A stretch of 64,000 nt of DNA, taken from Phaeosaccion multiseriatum. Lineage: Eukaryota > Protista > Ochrophyta, other classes. The DNA lies in contig OZ218963.1 in the NCBI GenBank assembly GCA_965112735.1, positions 3,100,001-3,164,000 of the forward strand, in the 5' to 3' direction. The position numbers and the translations under genes are program-made. Shown piece by piece: positions 46,656 through 59,833 of this stretch. Numbering within the stretch: the first letter of the stretch is position 1; each line of letters opens with the position of its first letter. Under the pieces are notes generated by a model. That model ran no database searches and was not told the origin of the DNA. It was given only the letters and a program-made list of their open reading frames with translations.

Positions 46656-48689
46656 TCACAGCACATCGTATTTTCTTTTTACTGCGTCCATCCAGCTAAG
46701 AGTCTCCACATTGACAGCTCCGGTAGGGGCTGCTACGTGAAGCTCAATGCCACCACTGCGACTACGTGTGTCCGTTTCACAGTCGCGAGCTTGGTCAGCG
46801 TCGCGATCGTCAGGAAGGAAGGAGCGCAGGCTCTGGTCCTTTGCCCCCTGAGAATGCAGAACGAGTTGGAAGGCGCAAGGGGTAAGGTTAAGAGACTGTT
46901 CGCAGCCACGCCCGCCTCGCGTCTGAGTATCTGCCTCACATTCGGAGGCGACAAGGAAGGGAGACACGTATTCCAATGTGACACTGTGTACCTGAAGGTT
47001 GATTTTGCCGAGTGAGCCTCCCTGCTCCCATCCTGCTGCGTCCCACGCCAGATTGGCCTTTCCTACTTCTGTGCTGACGAGCATGCCCTTTGCCCCGCCC
47101 GGCCTCACCTCTCCTTTAAAAGTGGGCACAGTGTCTAGGCAAGAAGGTGTGCACTCCTCGCGGCACTCCACCCGAAGCTCATGGACCCCCACTTCTTCGG
47201 TCAGCGACACGTTCACGTCGCTTTGGCTGGACGTGAGCGTTGTAGCGGTGCCGAGGGCGAGTTTACCAAGATGAACAGTGAGTGGGCCCTCCGCCGTAGC
47301 ACAGACAGAGCCGCTGACGCTGCCAATTGTCACCGGGCGGAGTTGCGAGTGGTGCGCGGACGCAGGAGGATCCGAGGAGCTGCTGTTGGTCCCCTGGTGC
47401 CGCTCCTGTCCGTCCAAGAGCGCTGCGCTTGTTGACGCCACCGTTGCCTGTCCGTGAAGGCTGGCGGGCAGCAAGAGAGGACAGGGGGAAGAGGTGTCAT
47501 GGCACGGGCAATATTGGCACCAATCCCCATTCGGCGTCAAAGGTAACCTAACATGCTTCCGTAAACACACCTGCCAATGTCAATATGCCCGTTGCTGCTC
47601 ACGAAGGAGCGTGTTGCATACATGCCTCCGATGTCGATACCGTTGCGGCCTTCTCCTTCAGACACTTCGCATCCCGCGCCACATACAGTGACCGACGGGC
47701 CGTTCAGTAGCTTGGCCGATATCCCTCCTCCCTCAGCACGTAAATGTATGTTTCCTTCCAGCTCCTTGGCTTCGATACTACCCCCCTGGATATGACCGTG
47801 AAAGCACAAGCGCGACGGACTTGAGAGGGGAGTCAGAACGAGGCCTTGTACCGCAGGGAGGAGGGCGGGGAGGGGGCGAGTGTCGTCTTACCTTGCAGCT
47901 AATCTCTATTTGCGGCCCCCGAATGGTCGGCACGCGGACGCCCCCCTTCCCGGTGCGCAGCGTGGCGTCACCCTTGAGCTTGCTCACAAGGCGGATGTCG
48001 CCCGCACCCGTCTCGGCAGCGACGTTAAAGATGTATGGGACGCTGACCTTGACTAAGACTTCCTGACGCCCCTCCCCCCGACTCTGGTCACTCCCTGCAG
48101 GGTCGCGCAAGCGTAGCCCCGCCCCGCCGGGAAGTACTTCCACACGCAAGCCAGTGAGACGCTCGAGGAGCGAGGTTGCGCCTTGCTCTTCTTCCTCTTC
48201 CCCCTCATCAACTCCTCGGCCGTACACGGCGATGTGGCACTCATCGCTCCAGCTCGTGTCCAGCAAGAGCCTACCTTTTCCCACATGCACCGAGAGACGT
48301 CCCCCTTGCTTGACCCTCACATTCGTCTCCTTCGCCAAGAGCCGCGCAAACACACCATCCTCAGGTTGAGGCGCAATGGCCGCCTCTCCCCCGCCGTCAT
48401 GCCCAGATACGGCGGCGTGTTGTCCGCGCGACTGCTGCCTCCTGCCTTTCATACTCTCCATACTAGTCTCTCGTGCGGCTTGACCTCTGGAAGTCCACCC
48501 GCAGCGGCAGCGATACTGCTGTCGGTGGTGTAGGGTGTTGTGGTGTAGAGGGGAAGGGGGAGAGGCATCTGCGGCAACTGCTGCGACCCTAGCCCTGCCA
48601 TGCGAACTCCTCGCACGGCATCTACTGCTGCTTCCCGTCCTTGCGACAAGCCTACCTTTCAGGCTCCTTGCAGAGGCGCTGGACCACAT
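46656..48689 (-). CDS. FAM185A-like (DUF4097 beta-strand repeat) protein, probably mitochondrial
   Basis: Arg/Ser-rich presequence, repeats such as AETGAGDIRL / LRTGKGGVRV / LRAEGGGISA, C-terminal VETLSWMDAVKRK. Confidence 0.7.
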
Positions 48690-48920
48690 GATATGCAAAT
48701 ATTGCTGTCTCTTTATACCTTTTGTGTCATGGGGTGCCTTCGAAATCCCCCTGGGATCTGGGTCCTCTTTCTACTACTCTTTTCCCTCTCTGTTTATACA
48801 CTACAGCTGTGGTCAGCTTTGACGCTTCTCTTGGGTGTACCCCGATCCCTTCCTCTGTCTTTTTGGGGTCAATACTTACGCTTTTGAGGTGGGTACAAGC
48901 AGAAAAGGCGGAAGGCCGCC

Positions 48921-50765
48921 ATGCCTCCAAAGAAGGCACAAAAGAAGCCGGACAAGAAGAAGCAGGCGAAGGCTATAGAGGATAAGACATTCGGGTTGAA
49001 GGTGAGGTGCAGGTTCTGAAGTGCAAGCCATCGCTGCACCTTGCTAAGTCGCCTCACCCTTCCAAAAATGGGGAAAATATCCCCCCCCTCTCTCTCTGCC
49101 CCCCACCCCCGCCCTACAGAACAAGAACAAGAGCAAGGTTGTGCAGAAGTATGTAAGCCAAGTAGTAGTGGTAAGTGCGAGAGGTCAAGAGCACTACGCT
49201 GTTGAGCTCGACTGTAGGTGAAGGAGAGGGCTGTGTCAGGGGGTGCGACTCCGTCCCTTTTTGTCAATCTCACGGGCTTGTCAATCTCACCACAAACCTT
49301 TGTCTGTGTGCTCTCATCTGCTGCGCTTGTGCGACGAGACAGACCGCGCGAGGGGGAGCGAAGACTGATGAGGAACGGCAAAAGGCAAAGAAGGCGGCCA
49401 AGGCGGTACGTACGGCCTAGATCGTCTGTGCAGCGCGGTTTGTGCTATGCTGTTTGGTCTGCTTATGGGCAGAAGAAAGTCCCGTGGCCTTTCCCGAGTT
49501 CCCGAGCTGTGTCTTGGCGGGATATATGATATTAGCGCTCTGGTCATCCTAATCGTCGCTCCTTTGTGTGGCCCCGATCTTCGTTGTGGCAGGCGAAGCA
49601 GGCAGAGCAGGACCAGCTGAATGCGCTCTTTAGTGATGCGTTAATCACTGGCAATAAGGCTGTATCAGCTAAGAAGGGGGGCAAGGCAAATGAGGCAGTG
49701 GGCACCGGGAAACAAAAGCAGGTATGCTTCCTGGGCACACTTCCGCGCGCGCCGAGTGGCGTTTCTCACTCATACAGGAGCGGAAACCACATGCATGCGT
49801 CGATACCCACAAACCTTAACACCCTTCCTGCCCACAGGTGCAGGAGACATACGAGGTCATCGAGGAAGAGAAGGGCATCGAAGACATCATCGAGGAGCAG
49901 GTACGGGTGGTTGCCTTCGCGTTTTCGTGCAAAATTGTTGTAAATACTGTGGTGACGTTCGTCGCCTTTGAATGATCCCCTGATGCCACCTCTGCCTTTT
50001 CCTTCTCCGTGTTTTCATCCTTTCACGTACACAGCGCGCCAAGCTGGCAGCCGAGGGGAAGAAGGTAATGAGGAGGAGGAGGAGGAGGAGGAGGAGAGGC
50101 CCGGGCGGTAGAGGAAGAGATATTTCCCCTATTTGTTCTTGTTCTCGATCTAGCAAGCAAGTGCACACGTCCTTCAAATCCCTCACGGCAGCACACTGCT
50201 CACCCACGCACCACGCACTGCCCCCACCAGGGCACACCCGTAACCGAGGAATCCCTCGCCATTTGGAAGGCCGACAGAAAGGCCAAGAAACTGGCGGAGG
50301 AGAAGAAACTGCTGCAGAAGGAGCTGGCCAAGAAGAAGGGCGGAAAGGGCCTTTCGGTGCTGTCGGGGAGAGCGCTATACGATTACGACTCGACTTTGTT
50401 CCAGGTGAGGGGCATGGCGGGAGGGAGTGTCAGGCTTGTATCCAGTGAATCGTTCCTCCAGAACGGGTTAGGGAGACGGAACAGGCCCTTTCTGTGTGTG
50501 TGTGTATACCCTCAGCGTTCCTTTTCCCTTCCTCTGTGTGTCATCTTCGCCTCGCCACCCAACCCTGCCACCCTGGCCATAGGATGATGACGGAGCTTTT
50601 GCAGATACTGAGCTTGCGCATCGGGAGGAGGTGGAACAGGATGAAGACGAAGGAGGTGACCGCAAAATGCCACCAGCAGCAGCGGCGGCAGCAGCAGCAT
50701 CACTGGACGTGGGGGATGAGGATGTGTTTGGGGACGATGATGACCTCGACGACTTAGACGACTGA
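48921..50765 (+). CDS. DFRP1/Tma46/ZC3H15-like protein lacking the CCCH zinc fingers (8 exons)
   Basis: MPPKK..IEDKTFGLKNKNKSKVVQKYV, IEDIIEEQRAKL, GTPVTEESLAIWK, LSGRALYDYDSTLF, acidic tail. Confidence 0.85.
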
Positions 50766-51711
50766 CGCGCGACGCTAGGGCTTGGAACGTATGCGGTATC
50801 GAATAAATCGTTGATGAAAACAACCTGAATTCATAATTGACACCCTTTACACGGATTTCCAAAGAATATGCTCCTGGTAGCGGGGGGGTGGAGAGATTAC
50901 GATACCGGATAATGCCTGCAGTAGGTGCTCTTCGATGCTCTGGCCAGTGTGCCGTGCTCTCCCCGCTTGGCATCCAATTCCGCTGGGGCATCCATTTGAC
51001 CACGCATGTGCTGCTGCTGCTGGCCTTGAAGTACTGCCGCAACAACCCCACAACACATGTTGAGGCCTATGTTCTCTTGCTCTCTTGACGCATCCTTCTT
51101 GAATGCTCTGCTCATGTCGGCGGGCGCAACCCTTCCTCCCAACGTAAGCGTCCACGCTGGTGGCCACCCGGCATACTGCTTGCTGCTCCTGCTCTGCTGC
51201 CGCTGCTTCAATGGCGAGGGAAACCATGGGGCTGGCAACACCCGCCTCTGGGTGGGCTTCCCAATTGCTCACATACCCCACCACCCGCTGCGTCTACAGC
51301 AGCCCCTTTCTTGCTCATGCCTTGGCTCTCGTCGAGCGTCGCCTCCTCCTGCTTTCGATGCAAAGATCCTCTTTCCCACCGGCACCTCCACAGCCCCTGA
51401 GTCGACGACCCAGTCAAGACTTTGTTTGTTGCTGTGTTGCGCGTATCCACTCGGCACATACAGCCGCTCAGGATATGAGAAGCTGGATGCAGCAGCAACA
51501 GCAGCAGTAGTAGCAGAAGGGCAGTTGCTGTCCCAAGGACGCATGGTTACAGGAGCAAAGCTCCTCGCGACCACCTCTATTCAGACCCCCCACCACGTCG
51601 TAAGTGTGCGTACTTGCTCTTTCTGCGTGCCGCTCAGCCTTCCTCTGTGTGTGTTGCTCCTTCTATTCCGGCGCGAGTGATTTGCTGTCTACTTGCCTGC
51701 CGCTCGGCCCC

Positions 51712-53610
51712 TCAGCGGAGGTGCGGAGGTGGCCCCCCTTCATAGCCTCTGGTGTACAGCCACAAGGGAGTGGCCTTGGCCGAAAAGTCAATCTCATCCC
51801 CCAACTTGAGGTGGTGGACAGCGTGCTCGCCATCCACATAGAGATGCCCCTTGAGGCTGTTCCATCTGACGTGCACTTTGGTATCCTCATTGACAAGGCC
51901 GTGACCTTCCTTCTCGAGGGCCTCCGCTGTGCCCTCCTCTAAAAGGTGCTCCCGAATCTTGTATTGGAGCTCGCGAGAGCTAACATCTTGTATCTGTGCA
52001 TCAATCAATCAAAAGCAATCCACAGAAGGAACAGGATAGGACCTTCACTTTTAGTACGTTTCAACGTCGAGATGAGAGGAAGAGGGGGTCATCCAGGAGC
52101 TAGGGCAGAGCAAAGAACATGCATCGGAGCTCGTGCCATCGTTGTCGCGAGTATTCAACTTTGTTCCCAGGCATTCGTTTGTTAGTCCCTCGCTCAGACA
52201 CACTTCTGCGCTCACCTCGCCCCCCGCAGAAAGCATGGCCGCGGAGCTTCCTGTGGCTGTGCTGAGCCACATCCCGGATGACCACACGTTGAAGTAGAAG
52301 TGCTCCATCTCCGTGACACCAGTTCCGTCGATGAAGCCTAAGCGAAATCTAAGAGAGAAGGACGGGCCATACATACGAGAGACACGTGTAGCGGCACAGG
52401 CGTACGCTGAGAAGTTCATTCCATGGTAGGTACGGGGTGTCCCCGCCCCCGGGCGTTCACAGTACTCCCCCTCCTCACCCTCCTACTAGACTAACCTGGA
52501 GACCGCTGCTGGGGAGGGATGGGCCATGAGAACGTCATTCAGGGCCGGGGGAAGCTTGGTTTCTGCGAGAGAAAGAAAACACAAGCGAGTGACCATCCAT
52601 CTCTGTGAGGCGAGAACCAACTTTCGCGGAGAGAGGACGGGGGTTCTTGGTGCTGGAAAACCCCCAGAAGCGCCTGCAGCCTCCCTCTTGCCCCTCCCCT
52701 CCTCACCTGTGAAGGTGCTCTTCACCACGGTTTGGATCCGGGTTCGGGGCATGGCGTGGATGTGTCTCTCCAAGATCTTCGGCAGGTACCTTGCGACATC
52801 GGTCGCCGTCAACATGCACAAGGCCCCCTTGCTGCGCCGCTCGTCTGTCTTTTTCTGCGGTCATGGCGAGCGAGCGAGGATGAGTGATTCCGAGGGGGCA
52901 CACCAACCCATCGTGACCGGAAAAAGAAATAAACTGACCAGCTGGGCTCCCTTCTCGTTGCTTTTCGTGGGGTCCGAATTCACTCCCAACAGGGGAGGTC
53001 CTCCAGCGTTGAGCAAAAAGTGGGAGGCAGACAAGACCGTGCCGTCTCCGCCCACGGCTATCACAAGCTCCACGTCCTCAATGTGCTGCTTGCACAGGTC
53101 CTGCGAATAGGGGTGTCAGAACGGGGAGGATTAAGTAGTGAGTGAGGTCAGGGCTCCCGTTATGACCTTTCTGTGCTTGATGAACATGCTCCTTTCCCTC
53201 CCCCCCTCTCCCTCCTCCCCCCCCCCTTCTCTTCCCTCACTCCTCCTACACTCGGGGTACCATTTAGGCCCAATCAGTAAGGACAGTCCTCTACTTCTTT
53301 TCATTGGCAACATTTCCTCTCACCTCACGCCCCACCACGTTGTACGTTAGGTCATGCCTCTCCAAGACGTCTCGTACAGTGGACACGCACTTCTGATGGA
53401 TGTTGTACCTTTCGGTGGAAGAGAGAAAGCAGAGACAGGTAAAAGAAGGTGGGAGGGAGCAGTCCGTTTTCTCCTGAACACCCACCTATTCTCTAAGCGG
53501 CCCCATCGAATGTTGAGGGGTGCCTTTCCGATCTGTTTCAGCTGTCGGTACTGCTCGAAGGGGGTTTGCTTAACGACCACAATCACTTTGCGCAAACGCC
53601 CGCTCATCAT
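51712..53610 (-). CDS. NAD(H) kinase, plant NADK3/NADH-kinase-like (7 exons)
   Basis: VIAVGGDGTVLSASH, LLGVNSDP, RRSKGALC, ALNDVLMAHPSPAAVSRF, SSGMWLSTATGSSAAMLSAGG, LQYKIRE. Confidence 0.92.
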
Positions 53611-53916
53611 GGGTGCGAGAGACGCACGGGAAGCGAGAGGGAGAGGGAGAGGGAGAGGGGGGGAGGGAGAGGGAGAGCGAGAGACAGAGAGGCAGACAGA
53701 GAGAGAGGAAGAGGGAAGAGGAGAGAAAGAGCGAACGGGGAAAAGACCGAGAAATAGAGCCGAGAGGGAGCAGGCAGATACAAAGAAGATCTGCTTTTGT
53801 CTCTCTATTCCTCCTCTCTGTCTTCTCTACCTCGCCAGGTTTTACTTTTAGGTATTTCCCGGGGGATCGGCGCAGGATTCTAATTTGAGGCAGCGAAAGT
53901 TGCAGTGGTAGGAGCG

Positions 53917-56900
53917 ATGGGTTACGAGAAGAGGAAAATGCTTGTGGCCTTGCTGGCCACAGTAGCATTGGGTTCGGCCACCGCCTTCTATGTCCCGGCA
54001 CCGCTTGCAGCAGGAGGAGCGAGGGGCCGGGAGTATGCCAAGCACAGTGGACGAGGGCACCGCCAGCGGCTCCACGCTTCCTACGGTGGCGACAGCCATG
54101 AGTACGACTCGTTGATAAGCAAGCTGGACTTTGGATCGGGGAATGAGATTGACTCAGCAGCTAAGCAGGCGGTAGGCGTCAAAGACGGCCTCGCAGCCAC
54201 AGTGTCGGCGCTTACCGACGGCAACTCCGCTCTGGATACAGCAGCCAAGCAGGCGGCGAGCGTCAAGGACGACCTGGCAGCCACTGTATCGGCTCTTACA
54301 GACGGCGACTCCGCTCTAGATACTGCAGCTAGGCAGGCGGAGAGCGTCAAAGACGGCCTCGCAGCCACGGTGTCGGCTCTTACGGAGGGCAGCACCGCTC
54401 TCCCGCAGCAAATCCAGCAAGGGAAGGAGGCGCTCACTGCGGGGAGTCTTTCCCTTCCCTCCCAGGGTGGGTTCAGTGAAGCGATGCAGGCCTTTCAGGA
54501 TGAGGTCGCCGCGTCGGCGAACACCTTGCTCCCCCAGGTGCAGTCCATGAAGGATTCGGCTGTGCAGCTCCTGGGTGATGTTCAAGACACGGCCTCAGTG
54601 CAGCTCTCTCAGGGTCTGGAACAGGCGCAGCAGGCCTTGGCATCTGTGCAGCTCTCGGAGAGTCTGGAACAGGCGCAGCAGTTGGCATCAGTGCAGCTCT
54701 CTCAGGGCCTGGAGCAAGCGCAGCAGACCCTGGCTTCCGTGCAGGCCTCGGTGCAGGCCTCGGGGCAGCTCTCTGAGGTTCTGCAACAGGCCCAGGTCTT
54801 GGCCGACACGACGCTCGCGCAAGTGTACAGCATGCTGGCTCCCCTGGAAGGCACGCCTTTCTCCCCCCTGGATGCCAATGGCGGGTTGAGCCCCACGGGT
54901 ATGCTGGAGGGTGCGGTTGTAGTGGCTGCAGTCCAATTGGCCGTCCAAGCCGGTGAGAACAACATGGGGCACAGGCTTTTCGTGCGTTTAGTTTGTGTCT
55001 CTCGTTCTCTGCCTGTCTTCTGTCTCTCTGTCTTTCTCTCACCCTCCCCATCTGTCCGTCTCTCCACCTGTCTGCCGATCTGTCTCTATACGGTGGGCAT
55101 CGTCCCCGCCAGTCTCGCGCCAGCGCGGAATGGCCATCTCTGGGGTGGCCTCCAGCCCCACCGCTCTGGGAATGACCCCTAATTCGGTCACCAGCGAGGG
55201 GCAGCGACAAGGCGATTCTACTCTTGTGACTTTCAGCGCCCAGAGTAGACAGGCTTCCGACCAAAGAGTGGCAAGCGGCTCAAGTCTCTCTATGACGTTG
55301 GCCTCGGAGGGAGATGGCAACGACGACGATGATGCTGAAGCAGATTTGGAGGCCTTTAGAAAAGCGACAGAGGCTGCTACTCGGGCGTGGAAGGAGGATT
55401 TCGAGCAGAGAGGTGTGGAGATGAAGAAACAGGCGGAGAAGAGAAGAATCGCGAATGAGAACCGTAAGAATGAGGTTGTTGCCAACTTGCTGGCGTCGCT
55501 CAAAGGAGCGGATGCGCCTAAATTGGAGGTTGAGACTATTCCATCTCCCATCGAGAAGCTGGATGAGGCGAAGGACCAGGTCGCGGAGAAGGCAGAGGAG
55601 GTGAAGCAGCAGCTCAAGGAGAAGGCACAAGAGATGGAGAAGGACGCAGCTGCTGAGGCCGCAAAGCTTAAGGTGGAGGAGGCGGCGAAGCTTGCGAAGG
55701 AGAAGGTGGAAGCGGCGGAGAGACTGGCTGCAGAGAAGGCAGATGAAGCCAAGAAGCAAGCCGCTTTGAAGATGGAGGAGGAGAAGAAGGCGCTGGAAGC
55801 AGCAGTAAAGCAGAAAGCGGAGGCTGCTGCGATAAAGGCCAAGGAATTGAAGGCACAGAAGGACGCAGCTGCCGAGGCCGCAAAGCTTAAGCTGGAGGAG
55901 GCGGCGAAGCTTGCAGAAGAAGCACAGAAGCAAGCCGCTCTGAAGATGGAGGAGGAGAAGAAGGCGCTGGAAGCAGCAGTGAAGCAGAAAGCGGAGGCTG
56001 CTGCGATAAAGGCGAAGGAATTGAAGGCACAGAAGGACGCAGCTGCCGAGGCCGCAAAGCTTAAGCTGGAGGAGGCGGCGAAGCTTGCAGAAGAAGCACA
56101 GAAGCAAGCCGCTCTGAAGATGGAAGAGGAGAAGAAGGCGCTGGAAGCAGCAGTGAAGCAGAAAGCGGAGGCTGCTGCGATAAAGGCGAAGGAATTGAAG
56201 GCACAGAAGGACGCAGCTGCCGAGGCCGCAAAGCTTAAGCTGGAGGAGGCGGCGAAGCTTGCAGAAGAAGCACAGAAGCAAGCCGCTCTGAAGATGGAAG
56301 AGGAGAAGAAGGCGCTGGAAGCAGCAGTGAAGCAGAAAGCGGAGGCTGCTGCGATAAAGGCCAAGGAATTGAAGGCACAGAAGGACGCAGCTGCCGAGGC
56401 CGCAAAGCTTAAGCTGGAGGAGGCGGCGAAGCTTGCAGAAGAAGCAAAGAAGCAAGCCGCTCTGAAGATGGAGGAGGAGAAGAAGGCGCTGGAAGCAGCA
56501 GTGAAGCAGAAAGCGGAGGCTGCTGCGATAAAGGCGAAGGAATTGAAGGCACAGAAGGACGCAGCTGCCGAGGCCGCAAAGCTTAAGCTGGATGAGGCGG
56601 CGAAGCTTGCAGAAGAAGCAAAGAAGCAAGCCGCTTTGAAGATGGAAGAGGAGAAGAAGGCGCTGGACGCAGCAGTGAAGCAGAAAGCGGAAGCTGCTGC
56701 GATAAAGGCCAAGGAATTGAAGGCACAGAAGGACGCAGTTGCCGAGGCCGCAAGGCTTAAGCTGGAGGAGGCGGCGAAGCTTGCGGAAGAAGCAAAGAAG
56801 CAAGCCGCTCTGAAGATGGAAGAGGAAAAGAAGGCGCTGGAAGCGGCAGTGAAGCAGAAAGCGGAGGCTGCTGCGATAAAGGCGAAGGAATTGAAGGCAC

Positions 56901-57745
56901 AGAAGGACGCAGCTGCCGAGGCCGCAAGGCTTAAGCTGGAGGAGGCGGCGAAGCTTGCGGATGAAGCAAAGAAGCAAGCCGCTCTGAAGATGGAGGTGGA
57001 GAAGAAGGCGCTGGAAGCAGCAGTGAAGCAGAAAGCGGAAGCTGCTGCGATAAAGGCCAAGGAATTGAAGGCACAGAAGGACGCAGCTGCCGAGGCCGCA
57101 AAGCTTGAGCTGGAGGAGGCGGCGAAGCTTGTGAAAGAGAAGGCGGGAGAAGCAAAGAAGCAAGCCGCTCTGAAGATGGAGGTGGAGAAGGCGCTGGACG
57201 CAACAGTAAAGCAGAAAGTGGAGGCTGTCGCAACAAGCGCAAAGGAATTGAAGACAAAGATGGACACAGCTGGCGAGGTCGCAGGAGGCAAGGTGGAGGC
57301 GGCGGCGAAGCTTGTGAAAGAGAAGAAGCAAGAGGCGGAGAAATTGGCTGCAGACAAGGTAGGAGAAGCCAAGAAGCGAGTCACTCTGAAGAAGGAGGGG
57401 GAGAAGAAGGCGCTGGAAGCAAAGGCAGCGGAACTGCAGGCGCAGAAGATCGCAGCTATCGAGGTCGCAAAACGCAAGCAGCAAGAGGCGGCGAAGCTTG
57501 CGAAGGAGAAGCAGCAAGAGGCGGAGAAGTTGGCTGCAGAGAAGGCGAAGCAGCTACAAGCAAAGAAGGAGCAGGCCCTGGCTGACGCAGTTGACCTCCT
57601 CACGGCGCACGAAGGTGGGGTGCGGAAGGTGGGCGCGGCCAAGAAGAAGCGAGGGTCAAAGCGCATGAGGGCAGCAGCGATGGCTGGTGGGGGAAGATCG
57701 CCGCCGGGTGGCGGGGGCAGATCGGTAGGGGGTAGGACGGGATAA
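53917..57745 (+). CDS. Plastid-targeted helical tandem-repeat protein (exons 53917-54952, 55113-57745)
   Basis: MLVALLATVALGSATA-FYVP bipartite presequence. A phase-1 GT-AG intron 54953-55112 joins the two long ORFs in frame. 28-aa and 58-aa repeats. Confidence 0.8.
54151..54390 (+). repeat. Coding tandem repeat, 84 bp (28 aa) x ~3
   Basis: DTAAKQAASVKDDLAATVSALTDGDSAL-type units. Confidence 0.85.
55748..57260 (+). repeat. Coding minisatellite, 174 bp (58 aa) x ~8.5, near-identical units
   Basis: GGACGCAG recurs at 55861, 56035, 56209 ... 57079 (174-bp period). Confidence 0.95.
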
Positions 57746-58427
57746 TGGATAATGGGTAGGACCGCAGCGGCCAAGGCAGAGCAACGAAGAAGGGCAGGGC
57801 CAGCAAGAAAGGAAGGAAGGGTGAGCGTGAGGGGAAATGTGTTTTCCGCATACAGTACCATAGGGGTTTGGGGCGCGCCAGATAGGGGGATACGGGATTA
57901 AGCTTGGGCTTTATATATTTTGCAGCTGACTCCCCTCCCACCAACTGCAGCCGTGGAGGGGGTCATTTACATATTTTTCGGGGGGGTTTTACCACTCGAT
58001 TTGCGTAAGAATCGCCCAAATGGCCCGTTTTTTGGGGGTCGGGCGGCAAGGGGGAGTGCTCTTGCAGAAATGCTGACAAGTACGGAAGGGAAAAAGCGAT
58101 GAAGCCGAGAGATTATGGATCGATAGGCATCTCAAAGAGCTACACGAAGAGCTTTAGCGCTTCTCCCAACCCTTTTTTTTTTTTCTCTTCTTTATGATTT
58201 TGTTATTACTTACACTAAAAACAGTATATAATCTTCTTTTGATGAAGACAAGGTACTTACGTACAGAGAAGGGAAGGTGACTTTTCGGCACCTTTGTGTA
58301 CCTCTTGTGTAACATCCATTCACCAGAGTGGTATGTGATACCGTCCACGGTTTCTCGTGTCTAAACAGTGTCACGACATGACTTTGTCCGTTCTGGCAAC
58401 AGGTATTCGATGCATGTGGCCGCCTCC

Positions 58428-59497
58428 TCATGCTTGGGCGTCCCTGGGCGAATGAAGCGGAGAGGAGGTATCAGGTCTGTCAGCCTCGCTCTCTTCCCCA
58501 TGGTCAAGTTCCTCGGACCGGCGCTCGAGGAGTGGCTTCCAGCGGCTCGCCTCCTTTTCTTCCTCCTCTTGCTCAAGCTCCTGCCGAAGCCGATCCCCCT
58601 GCAGCTCCACCACTTTCGCTTCCTCCTCCACGCCCATACCAGCAGCACCCCCTCCTTCGTACGGAGACCCCTTTCGCTCCTGCTCCTCCCCGCCCTCCGT
58701 GCTACCCCGCTGCGTCCCCGAAAGACCGGCACCACCACCCCGCACCCCTTCATGCTCTGCTTTCGCTGCCTTCGCTTTTGCTTGCAGAAATTCGGCTCGT
58801 TCCACTGCCCGGTTGATTCGGGCGGAGTGTGTATAGTTGCGCCTAGTGGCGCGATCTTTGTAGTTCTCTCCCTCGATCTCCATGAGCAAGCGTTCGCGAA
58901 GTCGGGCAACATCACTCACACCGAGACCACATGTACAGTAGATGAGGCCTATCAGTAAGAACAGGGACGAGAGAGTTAAAGAGGGGGTGGCAGCGACGGC
59001 GGAGGGGGGGGATGCTCTGCGTACGATCAAAAGCGAAGGTCCGCCCCAATTTGATGGGGGAGAAAGGGTTTGGTGCGTTCCATTCGTCAGCATCAGTACC
59101 TCCCCTCTTACTCCCCCTGCTAGACCCGGTCAGTAGTACGCACCCGACACGAGGAGTAGCAGCGCATGGACCAAGAATAGACCCGCCAAATCGCCGCCAC
59201 TGAGGCGTGCCGTGTCACTTAGCTCTGAGTTCGACCGCTGCGCCTCGCAGTCCGCATTGTTAATGTCTGCGATATACGAGCGGTAGATGCGGCGAAGGTC
59301 GCCGGACTCTTGAAGAGAGTGCATGACGAAGGCTAGGGCCGTTGAAACGATGGATGTGCAAGTTCCCGTGATATCATTCTGGACAACAAAGCTCTGCTCG
59401 ACAAGGGAGAAAGAGGGCATGCCAGAGGAACAAAGTTGAGCGTCAGTCACATAGCCAGCCTTGCTGACCTCTCAGGTCCGCAGTAAGGTGGGGGGAT

Positions 59498-59536
<39 letters not shown>

Positions 59537-59801
59537 TGTGTATGCGTGTAAGAGACGGATGGTAGCTGGAGTACTTGCACCAGCCCAAAGTGAATTGTTC
59601 TACTGCCCTCCCCACGAACGAATGCAAAGTGCCCACACGTCCGCATGCTCTCACTTACACCTCCAAACTCCTGAATGAGGCTCCCAGCGACCTCCATGTC
59701 GCAATATTCATTGGTTGCGTTGCTCGCCTGCCACGAGGCAATCTTGAACGTCGTCGCTACGAGCCCAACGCAGGTCCCGTCGCGGACGCTCTGGAACATC
59801 T

Positions 59802-59833
<32 letters not shown>

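Noticed and set aside
50209-50236. HALPPPG reading resembling the end of the Tma46 second zinc finger
   Set aside because: It lies at an intron 3' end, out of frame and downstream of where the finger would be, so it is likely coincidence.
50847-51544. Possible small minus-strand gene between the DFRP-like gene and NADK
   Set aside because: Overlapping short ORFs with no motif; may be 3' UTR sequence.
55039-57861. 940-aa and 745-aa minus-strand ORFs
   Set aside because: Antisense shadows of the E/K/A coding repeat; their A/S/F- or L/C-rich composition follows from the sense codons.
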